A DNA stretch of 50,109 nucleotides. Origin: a virus. Taxonomy: Duplodnaviria > Caudoviricetes. The first letter of the stretch is position 1. The number at the start of each line of letters is the position of its first letter. Below are positions 28,596-36,591 of this stretch, piece after piece. Location of the stretch: positions 1-50,109 of IMG/VR virus record IMGVR_UViG_3300017782_000029; one strand, 5' to 3'. A program made the translations under genes and the position numbers. A model generated the notes under the pieces. That model was not told where the DNA came from, searched no databases, and saw only the letters and a list, made by a program, of their open reading frames with translations.

Positions 28596-29283
28596 ACGTA
28601 TATTCCTCCGTATTTATTCTTGGTATTATTTGGTTCCCATATGTTACTAAATGAGGACTCAAGCAGGTATTAATATAGTCATAATAACTTAAATTACCAA
28701 CAATATTATACACTTGAGATACTATTTGTGCCGCTATGAACTGAGCCGCAAATACAGTATGTTTCATTGAACACGGGGGTTTTGGTACACTATCAGTAGG
28801 AATCCACTCGTCCATATAAGTATGTTCAGGTGTTCTACTGGTTTGTGTACATAATTCTACTGTAGTGGCACCCATACGTCCGTCAATAAAGAAATCCTTG
28901 TTATCAAGTGCAGACCACTTATCAAACAGATTCTTTCTTGATTCCATATCGTCTGTGCATACAATAGTTCTTGGATGTGCATTCTCAAATGGTAGCCATT
29001 TACGCTGATAACCTGTTATAGTTTGTTTGTTATCTGAGTAAAGACTATGCAATGTTCCTGCGGCATCTATTTTACTGCGTCCTACCATATTTGCTGGGTA
29101 TGCTGTACTACTTAGATTGTGTTCAGCGACTGTATCATCGTCCCACACTATTATATCATCCCAGCCCATTATAGTAAGAGCTTGTATTACAAAAGACCCG
29201 ATACCACCAGCACCAACAATACATATATCTGTTAGTGTATCTTGATTAATCAGGTCTTTATTTCTTAAGAATCTCTGGCTCAT
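28573..29283 (-). CDS. ThiF/MoeB-family E1-like ubiquitin-like-protein activating enzyme
   Basis: RFLRN arginine finger, IVGAGGIGS, DDDTVAEHNL, GRSK, CTDD..SR, DGRM, candidate catalytic Cys171 (PPC). Confidence 0.92.
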   Translation of the reverse strand: MSQRFLRNKDLINQDTLTDICIVGAGGIGSFVIQALTIMGWDDIIVWDDDTVAEHNLSSTAYPANMVGRSKIDAAGTLHSLYSDNKQTITGYQRKWLPFENAHPRTIVCTDDMESRKNLFDKWSALDNKDFFIDGRMGATTVELCTQTSRTPEHTYMDEWIPTDSVPKPPCSMKHTVFAAQFIAAQIVSQVYNIVGNLSYYDYINTCLSPHLVTYGNQIIPRINTEEYTYDRSTQS

Positions 29284-29420
29284 TTGTATTCTCCTTTCAA
29301 CCAGTTTGTTAGGAAGTTTGCCATTAAGAGAAAGATAAAAAATCCTACTCCTATTAGCACACAGCTAACTGAGATTAAAAATAAATTAATACTCCATTCC
29401 CATAAGTCTATAAGTATCAT
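29280..29420 (-). CDS. Small single-pass membrane protein (46 aa, not in ORF track)
   Basis: MILIDLWEWSINLFLISVSCVLIGVGFFIFLLMANFLTNWLKGEYK; ATGA overlaps with both neighbours. Confidence 0.75.
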   Translation of the reverse strand: MILIDLWEWSINLFLISVSCVLIGVGFFIFLLMANFLTNWLKGEYK

Positions 29421-29854
29421 ACCTCTAACTCCATAAACTTATCTAACATAGCGTAAGCTTCCTGTTCAGTACCAAACATAGCTTGGTCCTTAATCTTGGT
29501 AGCTTCTTTGTAAATAGCATTGCGTCTTTCTATTATTATACTATTTACTTTTGCACTACTTAGCTTATGTTCTTTTAAATAGTCTTCCCAACCTATTAAT
29601 AAGTCAGATAGATTTATAGAACCTATGTTAGTATTGTCCCAGCCGCCATATCCTGTTTCACCCATTAGCGTCATTTCTACTATTTTCTCTATGTCTTTTC
29701 TGGTTCTAAGCTCTACTTTACCTGCTTTTATTCCTTCCTGACATACTTCTCTGTTTTTTACAGCTTCTGGGTTTTTTAACTCTTCAGCTTTTTGATTAGC
29801 TACTTCATCTATCCTTGTTACAAGGTACTTTTTCTGTGGTATTGTTAGTGACAT
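29417..29854 (-). CDS. Hypothetical helical protein within Ubl operon
   Basis: AGGAG RBS; lies between JAB and E1. Confidence 0.8.
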   Translation of the reverse strand: MSLTIPQKKYLVTRIDEVANQKAEELKNPEAVKNREVCQEGIKAGKVELRTRKDIEKIVEMTLMGETGYGGWDNTNIGSINLSDLLIGWEDYLKEHKLSSAKVNSIIIERRNAIYKEATKIKDQAMFGTEQEAYAMLDKFMELEV

Positions 29855-29871
29855 ATTAGTCTCCTAGTTAT

Positions 29872-29948
29872 GGGGGCTGGTCCGGCTTTCACCTACGCAT
29901 CGTAGGACGCACATAGTCGGTTTTATTACTATTGGCTTCACAGCCCCC
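29872..29948. other. Stem-closed intergenic structured element, unit D
   Basis: GGGGGCTG/CAGCCCCC outer stem; inner CCGGCT/AGTCGG and CCTACG-CAT-CGTAGG helices. Confidence 0.45.
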
Positions 29949-29954
29949 GTGTTT

Positions 29955-30851
29955 TTATTTAATCCAGCCTTGGTCTATATACCAATGTGGCTCTACTGTT
30001 GGGTCGATGTCCCTTACGCTTTTAACAAATTCATCTTCTGTTATTTCATTAGATTCTAATTTGTTATACTGTTCAGCTATTTGTTCATCTACCTTATCCT
30101 GCTCCTTAGACACTTCTACACCAGCTCCTATAATTTTAACTGTGTCCTCTTCTACTGCCGCTATCTTAGTTTCAGGTTCTTTTGGTTCGTGTCCTCCAAA
30201 CATAGTTGCTTGGTTATACCTGTCGTAGTAACTGTTTAGGTTGTAACCCATTCCGTGACCACCCCAAGTTGTTTTCTTTTCTTCTTTCCTTTTCTTCTCT
30301 ATCTTATCTGCTTCGTAACGCCATTCAGGTTCTGATTTCTCTTTAAGTAGATTGCTTACTTCGCCTTCTCTCATTTGAGGAAACCCGTATTGGTCTTTAT
30401 AGCCTACTGCTGTTACGACTTTATCTTTTTCACTGGCTACTACTGTTGAGAAATACAAGCCTTCTTTACTTGATTCCTGATAGATAGCTTCTTTATCTGT
30501 ACCACTAAAGAAAGCACCCATTGTATGGTGACTATGTATTAAGCCCATAAAACATTTGCCTAATTCAGGTTTCTTTTTGTACACTTTTGGAAGTACCTTA
30601 CCCAGCTCTTCACCATCTAACTCTGTAGAAGTGCCATCACCTAGATGAATAGGTATGAAGTGCTCAAGTCTTACTTTAGTTGGAAATCCATCTCCATCTT
30701 TCTTGAGTACCCTATACCACGCAGGTCCTGACCATTCTACATTTTTAAAACGACGCAATAGATAATTGACTTTCTTCATTACTGCTGGTGGCATTAAAAG
30801 TCTGTATTCCATTTCCGTCACCACATCTGTGGACGTTGTTTGATTTTTCAT
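29955..30851 (-). CDS. JAB/JAMM (MPN+) metallo-isopeptidase
   Basis: E39 (EWSG) and H106-S-H108-x7-S116-x2-D119 (HSHHTMGAFFSGTD), exact JAMM motif. Confidence 0.93.
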   Translation of the reverse strand: MKNQTTSTDVVTEMEYRLLMPPAVMKKVNYLLRRFKNVEWSGPAWYRVLKKDGDGFPTKVRLEHFIPIHLGDGTSTELDGEELGKVLPKVYKKKPELGKCFMGLIHSHHTMGAFFSGTDKEAIYQESSKEGLYFSTVVASEKDKVVTAVGYKDQYGFPQMREGEVSNLLKEKSEPEWRYEADKIEKKRKEEKKTTWGGHGMGYNLNSYYDRYNQATMFGGHEPKEPETKIAAVEEDTVKIIGAGVEVSKEQDKVDEQIAEQYNKLESNEITEDEFVKSVRDIDPTVEPHWYIDQGWIK

Positions 30852-32496
30852 TGTCTAACCCTCTTGTTTCTAATCTTAACTGTGTTGAAATGTATCCCTT
30901 AGCTCTTGCATTTAAGAAATGAATCCATTTTATTCTTATGCTATCTTCAGATATATAAGGATATAACGACTCTATCATAAAGTACAACTTATGACCTAAT
31001 TGATATTTAGTACTAAGATACGAATCTCTCGACCCGTCTTCATCGTTCATTGTTTGATACATTGTATCCAGACCATTTGTTATGTTTATGGTATCTTTCA
31101 CACCATACGTTTCATCAAATGTGTATTGTACCAATGGCTCTATCAATGTTTTGTTAGTTGCATTTAAGAAATTTGCAAAACTCCTTATTGCATATAACCA
31201 GCACGATGAATGATTTAGTACATTTATTGACTGTGCACCTCCAAGCGACTCAACGATTCTTTCAAATACATATGTATCATCTAAACCCTCTGTAATTGCT
31301 TGAAAGCCTTCACTACGTTGTATCATATTCTTAACACGACGTATGTTTCTAGCTGTTGGTGTTTCTCTTCCTCTACTAGGATTTCTTAGTACATCTCTCA
31401 TCCTTCTTCGGAAGTTTGATACTGAAGCACCTATTCTAGCATTACCTTCGTAGGTATCCAGTCTCAGTTTATCATCAGTCAATGAGCTTGTAGCATCTTC
31501 ATCATTATTAACAATCGACCAGTCCATAATGGGTCCTGTATTTAATACACGCATCATAGGCATACTAGATGTTACTCTCTCCAGTTTATCTTTAGGAAAG
31601 TGTGCTAGTGTGTCTATCATTGTTTTTAGTTTCCCATCAATCGTGTCTCTTGTTGATTGTTTTAGAAGCTCGTGAACTCTACCGTATACATATAATGACA
31701 GAGATGTAAATCCTTTAGCTTTAAGCTGCTGGAAAACATCAGTTATTAATGTATCATCACGCCATCTTCTGTAGTCAGATGTGTTATTTATCTTTCCTAT
31801 CTCATCCATAATGTGTCTAGTCATTAGAAAGTCTCTAAAACTATCTTGAGTTACATAATTATGCCATTGATTCCAGCTATGATTAATATCCCAGTATGCG
31901 TCATTCCTAGTCCAATTACAACAAAAAGTAAATGCTATACTACATAGTGCACTTAGATTGTTAGTTGATATTGTCTCTGCAAACGCTTGACTGAAATATC
32001 CCATACAAGGTTTATTATCTCCGCTTACGTGTGGGTGTACTGATATGTCACCATTTATAACCTTATGTTTGTTCCAAGGTTCTGACTGTCTATTATAAAA
32101 GAGAGTCATTTTCTCAGCAATAGTTATAAACTTAGCATATTTCTCAGGTCCCATTTCCTCTCTAACGTTTGTTACTATGTATGGTTCTGTATCATTATTA
32201 TGAAACAACAACGACATACTTGGTAAAACATACGCTCTACTACCTTTAAGCTTTGGTCTTCCTAGATTGATTTTAAAAGTAAAGGCACAAGTATCTAGTA
32301 AACCAGTGTTGTGGGTAATAAGAGGTGAATGAAAGTTTAGTACCTTAGCTTGTTCTTGGTACAATGTTACACACTCTCCCATTTCTAATGTGAAGCCCTG
32401 ATTCTTACTATTATTAAAAAACCACAACGGTACTATTTTATCTAGTAGCCGCTGTTCTGCTTTTGTTACTCCAATGAGCTGTTTTTTAGCAATCAT
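30745..32496 (-). CDS. Prokaryotic E2 (UBC-fold) conjugating enzyme with long C-terminal helical extension
   Basis: HPHVSGDNKPCMG (H154...C164) followed by two helices and N..DAY, as in prokaryotic E2 families; between Ubl and JAB. Confidence 0.75.
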   Translation of the reverse strand: MIAKKQLIGVTKAEQRLLDKIVPLWFFNNSKNQGFTLEMGECVTLYQEQAKVLNFHSPLITHNTGLLDTCAFTFKINLGRPKLKGSRAYVLPSMSLLFHNNDTEPYIVTNVREEMGPEKYAKFITIAEKMTLFYNRQSEPWNKHKVINGDISVHPHVSGDNKPCMGYFSQAFAETISTNNLSALCSIAFTFCCNWTRNDAYWDINHSWNQWHNYVTQDSFRDFLMTRHIMDEIGKINNTSDYRRWRDDTLITDVFQQLKAKGFTSLSLYVYGRVHELLKQSTRDTIDGKLKTMIDTLAHFPKDKLERVTSSMPMMRVLNTGPIMDWSIVNNDEDATSSLTDDKLRLDTYEGNARIGASVSNFRRRMRDVLRNPSRGRETPTARNIRRVKNMIQRSEGFQAITEGLDDTYVFERIVESLGGAQSINVLNHSSCWLYAIRSFANFLNATNKTLIEPLVQYTFDETYGVKDTINITNGLDTMYQTMNDEDGSRDSYLSTKYQLGHKLYFMIESLYPYISEDSIRIKWIHFLNARAKGYISTQLRLETRGLDNEKSNNVHRCGDGNGIQTFNATSSNEESQLSIASF

Positions 32497-32514
32497 CTTC
32501 CTATCTCCTATTTT

Positions 32515-32537
32515 AAAGGGGGGCTTTTACACCCCCC
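32515..32537 (-). terminator. Intrinsic terminator-like hairpin after Ubl gene
   Basis: - strand GGGGGG-TGTAAAAG-CCCCCC-TTT. Confidence 0.6.
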
Positions 32538-32556
32538 TGATTAAACAGACTACTGA

Positions 32557-32766
32557 CTACGCACCAGATGTAACCTTACTTGTTGAGAATGCAACGAAAT
32601 CGTTGTCTCTAAGGTTGTAGTTTGGTGATACTGTGTCAGACCCAACAACAATCTTGACATTCTCTAGTGAGAAGTCCTCTGTTTCAGCTATTTCTGCTGG
32701 TGTGTTTGCTGTTACGTTTGTCTTTAGTGGTTTGCTTGGCATTTGTATTGTTATGTTATTAGCCAT
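32557..32766 (-). CDS. Ubiquitin-like (ThiS/MoaD beta-grasp) protein
   Basis: 69 aa from ATG 32766 (AGGAG 9 nt upstream); VKIVVGSDTVSPNYNLRDNDFVAFSTSKVTSG-A matches v.vng...L.dgD.v.....v.GG. Confidence 0.8.
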   Translation of the reverse strand: MANNITIQMPSKPLKTNVTANTPAEIAETEDFSLENVKIVVGSDTVSPNYNLRDNDFVAFSTSKVTSGA

Positions 32767-33004
32767 TATTCGCATCTCCTGCCTGTTTGTTCATCCCCGG
32801 TAAGTCAGGCTTACTATCCGGTTCTTCAAAGCGTTGATTAAATGAGTCGGGTGGTTCTATGTGTTCGCAGTCATCGCATATAATGCCTAGTTCAGAGTTA
32901 TCTGATTCAGATGAACCGTACTCTTCGAACGTAGTGTTACTGGAACGACACTTGGTACACTCATACCCAGCGTAATCTCCGCCTATTATTCCTAATCCTG
33001 CCAT
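32759..33004 (-). CDS. Zinc-ribbon protein
   Basis: CTKC...CDDC; overlaps Ubl start. Confidence 0.75.
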   Translation of the reverse strand: MAGLGIIGGDYAGYECTKCRSSNTTFEEYGSSESDNSELGIICDDCEHIEPPDSFNQRFEEPDSKPDLPGMNKQAGDANNG

Positions 33005-33186
33005 AACCCGTGTTTCATCCTAGAGTTTATCTCTTGGTAGTTGTCGGTTATAGCTTGTTCTCTCCAATACTCTAATTGTTCTTCAGTAGTCATAAGCTTT
33101 TCATTTATGTTATGAAGTACAAAACAGAGCATTATCATAGAGAATACTAATGTTAAAACAGATATGATAAGTAATACATCTAACAT
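32992..33186 (-). CDS. Membrane-anchored small protein
   Basis: N-terminal TM LLIISVLTLVFSMIMLCFVL then short coiled coil. Confidence 0.7.
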   Translation of the reverse strand: MLDVLLIISVLTLVFSMIMLCFVLHNINEKLMTTEEQLEYWREQAITDNYQEINSRMKHGLWQD

Positions 33187-33188
33187 AT

Positions 33189-33371
33189 CTATCTCCCAAA
33201 CTCTGGTTCACCTATACTTGCTAGTTGTGGGTGTACCTTTATGAGTTCTTTATACTCTTTCTCTTTTAACTCGATAGCTTTCTTTAACATAGCTTCCGTG
33301 TTACCTAAGAATGAGTCAACATCTATATTGTGACGCTTAAAGAGTGCGTCAATCTCTGCAAATTTACCCAT
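33189..33371 (-). CDS. Hypothetical protein
   Basis: AAGGAG RBS; in tightly packed operon. Confidence 0.7.
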   Translation of the reverse strand: MGKFAEIDALFKRHNIDVDSFLGNTEAMLKKAIELKEKEYKELIKVHPQLASIGEPEFGR

Positions 33372-33474
33372 TTGCTTTCTCCTTTAGTGTTTGCCATTCT
33401 GCATAGCATATTAAAGCTATTGCTGTTACTATACCTAGTAATCCAGATAGCACAAATTCAGTTATACTTATCAT
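33364..33474 (-). CDS. Small membrane protein (36 aa, not in ORF track)
   Basis: MISITEFVLSGLLGIVTAIALICYAEWQTLKEKANG; overlaps both neighbours. Confidence 0.65.
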   Translation of the reverse strand: MISITEFVLSGLLGIVTAIALICYAEWQTLKEKANG

Positions 33475-33716
33475 TTGTTCCCCCTAACATCACACATAGG
33501 ACATTGTTTCTTCTTACGTTTGTAAGTAGGGAAGTCCTGATATACTATAGTCTTTGGTGCACTACTATACCAGCTAGTCTCCCAACAACTATTACATTTA
33601 GTACAATGATAGATGTCTCTGTCTGCACATCTAGCATCATACTTACTATACTTATGAACCTCTGAGGTTACTCGATTACTATTCTTATTAAAGTACTGTT
33701 CGTGATACCATTTCAT
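33471..33716 (-). CDS. Zinc-finger protein
   Basis: CTKC...CPMC; AAGGAG RBS. Confidence 0.75.
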   Translation of the reverse strand: MKWYHEQYFNKNSNRVTSEVHKYSKYDARCADRDIYHCTKCNSCWETSWYSSAPKTIVYQDFPTYKRKKKQCPMCDVRGNK

Positions 33717-33739
33717 ATTAAACTCCTTATTAAACGGTA

Positions 33740-33824
33740 AAGAACGGATACAGCATAGCTGTTGATTCAGTGTCTTATTGTAGACTGCGGAGTCCTGTAA
33801 TTAAGAGCAACTGTACCCATTCTT
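33740..33824 (-). ncRNA. Candidate structured RNA, unit E
   Basis: - strand AAGAATGGGTACAG...CTGTATCCGTTCTT, 14-bp stem complete only with two G-U pairs on - strand. Confidence 0.45.
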
Positions 33825-33943
33825 GTTATGGGATGCGGAGTCCCTTGGACAATTATCATAGGCTAAATTATGAAGGTTTGTGAGCCTTAGATTAAATGAA
33901 TTAGGGAATGTACGCTTCGCCGATTCCTGCTTGTAGGTGTGAT

Positions 33944-33976
33944 AAAATATAAGGGCGGAATACACCACCCTTATAT
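33944..33976 (-). terminator. Intrinsic terminator after first early gene
   Basis: - strand ATATAAGGGTGG-TGTATT-CCGCCCTTATAT-TTT with G-U pair. Confidence 0.65.
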
Positions 33977-33983
33977 ATTAAGA

Positions 33984-34382
33984 CTACATCTCTACTGCTT
34001 TAGGTCGTAAGAACTTATAGTAGTATTTGATGCAAGGATTACCTGACTGTGTCACTATGGCTTCGCCTTGTGATATATCTTCTGAAGAATTCAGAGGATA
34101 GTCAGTGTCTTCTAAGAACTCTAGGTCACCGAAGAGCTTACTTAGATTTTGAATTGCCTTAGCAGTTAACAGTTCGGGCAAAGCCCCGTCTGTTTCAAAG
34201 TTGTCTTCAGGCTGAAGTACAACTATACTATGTGGTACACGAGCAGTCTCTGACCTACGGTCATAGTACCTGCTTTTGTTATCCACGATGGGTCTCCCAT
34301 CTTCGATGACGACCTTGCCGTCTTCATCACGCTCCCATTCCTGAGCATTATATGCCGAATGAATTGAGTATGTTTTAGCCAT
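33984..34382 (-). CDS. Hypothetical early protein
   Basis: AAAGGA RBS; first ORF of the - strand arm. Confidence 0.8.
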   Translation of the reverse strand: MAKTYSIHSAYNAQEWERDEDGKVVIEDGRPIVDNKSRYYDRRSETARVPHSIVVLQPEDNFETDGALPELLTAKAIQNLSKLFGDLEFLEDTDYPLNSSEDISQGEAIVTQSGNPCIKYYYKFLRPKAVEM

Positions 34383-34657
34383 ATGATTTATCCTTTATGG
34401 TTTAAACCAATAACAGAATTGTTATTGATTATCTAGCAGAGCTAGAGACTAACAGGGGATGTTGACAGGACACCAGCGACCGAGTGAGTAGCGAGGTGGT
34501 TGAGCAACGTGGACAGGGACGGCATTGTTGTGAGGAGGGACGAGTCTCAACAGTGCTGGACCCCCCACGGGGTGAAAACCAAGCGGGTGGGTCAACTAGT
34601 AAAGTGCGTACTCCCATTCTACAGCAATTTTTCAAATAGTTTTTTATTGTTTTTGTA

Positions 34658-34663
34658 TATAAT
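34658..34663 (+). promoter_or_regulatory. Possible sigma70 -10 box (TATAAT) driving a leaderless transcript
   Basis: TATAAT 7 nt upstream of ATG 34671, which lacks an SD; no clear -35. Confidence 0.35.
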
Positions 34664-34670
34664 TTTTCGT

Positions 34671-34904
34671 ATGAATTTTATAATAATTTTAATCATTTCA
34701 GGTATTTCAGTAAGCTTTATAGCAGATGAACCTACAATCTCTGAAGGGGACTATTCATTATATGATACTATATATGACCAAGACAGTACAAACCATCAAT
34801 ACATAGACATACGTAACGGTGATAACTGGTGTTGGAGACACAATATATGGGAGAATGTTAGGATAGTAAACCCTAGTAGAGTACGTAGAAAAGACGAAGA
34901 ATAG
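34671..34904 (+). CDS. Small secreted/membrane protein
   Basis: MNFIIILIISGISVSFIA signal-like N-terminus; track ORF 34500 is probably over-extended. Confidence 0.55.
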   Translation: MNFIIILIISGISVSFIADEPTISEGDYSLYDTIYDQDSTNHQYIDIRNGDNWCWRHNIWENVRIVNPSRVRRKDEE

Positions 34905-35053
34905 TAAATTCTCCTATCTTGTTCATATCGTTTAGTTTAAACGAAACCACTTAAAGTAAATCATAGCTATTGTTATTAGATGTAAACGGTTTTACATTTT
35001 AATAATATTTGTTATTAGTTCTTAACGATTTAAACAAGGGGTGGTTGTCGTAA

Positions 35054-35704
35054 GTGGTAGATATACATCAGTATATAAAGAGTGATGATAAGCTCGACTA
35101 TGATTTATTATGGAAAAACTGTGCTAACATCACGGGATTCCAAGCTGAACGTAAGAGAGGAGTGTTATACTATGAGGTCACAGAAGCATACAAGAGTTAC
35201 AAAGCGTCTTCTAAACATACTAAGGATGGTATTCCATCTACAGATGTTAAAGATGAGGTACTACATAACCCTATTACTCAAGTACCTAGGTCTTCTAAAG
35301 TAACAGAAGACTTTGTTATTTCGTATATAAACAAAGAAGCCCAGTCTAATTTTGTAAAGACCGATGAATACTGTACATATGATGCCGATGAAGAGCGTTA
35401 TATAGCAGAAATCAAAGTTCGTAATAAGCATTATGATACTTGTCTAATAGAATGGGATAAGTATATGGCTAATAAAGGACACGCAGACATAGATGATAAA
35501 GAGTTTCTTTACATAGTTGCTACAAATTCACATATATATGTATTTAACATCAATACAATCCAGAAAAGTAGGTCTAAAATACGTTGGAAAGACCAAGAAT
35601 TACCAAGAAATAGCCATTTTGGTGGATATAATGATAAAAAGACTAAGAAAGTGGGTTATATTCCAATAGGAAGAGCAAGTGTTTGTTATAACTATAAATC
35701 ATAA
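35054..35704 (+). CDS. PD-(D/E)xK nuclease-domain protein
   Basis: YDAD....IAEIKVR...LIEWDKY. Confidence 0.7.
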   Translation: MVDIHQYIKSDDKLDYDLLWKNCANITGFQAERKRGVLYYEVTEAYKSYKASSKHTKDGIPSTDVKDEVLHNPITQVPRSSKVTEDFVISYINKEAQSNFVKTDEYCTYDADEERYIAEIKVRNKHYDTCLIEWDKYMANKGHADIDDKEFLYIVATNSHIYVFNINTIQKSRSKIRWKDQELPRNSHFGGYNDKKTKKVGYIPIGRASVCYNYKS

Positions 35705-36461
35705 AGACATCGGACCTACAGAATACCCTGTATATACTAAAGATGAAGCTGATTCAAAGGATATTACTTATTTACATTGGCAACAGGCTAATGCAAAGCA
35801 ATGGGCACTCACCGATGACAATTATGTTGCAAAGATTATTAGTAAGAAATCTTATCAGGACAAGGAAAAAAGAATGTCCTATTATTATAGGATGCCTTTT
35901 GGTTATATTATGTGGAATCCTAAGTATCCTGATAAGAAGTTTTGTTGTGGGGGCAGGGTAGCTAATAATACATTTACTGGTGAAAAGTGGCTTGACGTAA
36001 AAACTAAGTCTGAGGATTATAAGTCTTTAGCAATGTGGGCGGCTTTAACTGAAAATAGGGATGTTGCTATTGACCAAGTGTTTGGTCCTGTAAATGCAAG
36101 TAAAAGACGTAAGTTAAAGCGTCATATGAGAACGGAGGTTTTTAAAAAAATGAAGAGAGATGAAGCTCAAAAACTATTAACTGACAATATGTTGGATGCA
36201 GACTACTTTATTGACTTAATGAAGAAGGGAGTAGACATTGCACTAAAGAAAGAAGATGTCAGTGGTATTCGTGGATTTGTAAATGATGGTATGGAAATAC
36301 ACGGAATGAAGGATAAAGAAACAGTAACAGTTACTGATAAGCTAGAAGCAACACAAACTAGGAAACTGATTGATAATATCAATGCAGAGGAAGATAAGTT
36401 AATTGCATCTAGAACAACTAAAATACCTATTGAGGAGGTAAAGAATGGAGATGATGAGTAA
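35679..36461 (+). CDS. Putative terminase small subunit
   Basis: Upstream of TerL; C-terminal helical region ending EIHGM.....VT typical of TerS. Confidence 0.55.
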   Translation: MFVITINHKDIGPTEYPVYTKDEADSKDITYLHWQQANAKQWALTDDNYVAKIISKKSYQDKEKRMSYYYRMPFGYIMWNPKYPDKKFCCGGRVANNTFTGEKWLDVKTKSEDYKSLAMWAALTENRDVAIDQVFGPVNASKRRKLKRHMRTEVFKKMKRDEAQKLLTDNMLDADYFIDLMKKGVDIALKKEDVSGIRGFVNDGMEIHGMKDKETVTVTDKLEATQTRKLIDNINAEEDKLIASRTTKIPIEEVKNGDDE

Positions 36462-36591
36462 TTATTATCACACGTTAGTAGAGTTAGAGCACTTTCCGGG
36501 TTGGGAATTATATATATTTCTTAACTTGTTATTATGGATTAGTGCTATATTTAGATTAAACAGAATAGAGAGGAAGGTCACAAATGATTGA
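36451..36591 (+). CDS. Small membrane protein (46 aa, not in ORF track)
   Basis: MMSNYYHTLVELEHFPGWELYIFLNLLLWISAIFRLNRIERKVTND. Confidence 0.6.
   Translation: MMSNYYHTLVELEHFPGWELYIFLNLLLWISAIFRLNRIERKVTND

Noticed and set aside
28573-29283. ThiF as an auxiliary thiamine/molybdopterin biosynthesis gene
   Set aside because: No thiG/moaE/rhodanese/cysteine desulfurase in the window; the neighbours are E2 and JAB, which indicates conjugation
29872-29948. Hammerhead ribozyme (hairpin followed by GAAA)
   Set aside because: The required CUGAnGA core is absent
32759-33004. RING-type E3 ligase next to the Ubl
   Set aside because: Only two CxxC pairs (four ligands); a RING needs eight, so called a simple Zn ribbon
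34429-34670. ORFs 34429-34635(-) and the 5' part of 34500-34904(+)
   Set aside because: Non-ATG starts, no RBS, atypical composition; arise from the GC-rich non-coding island
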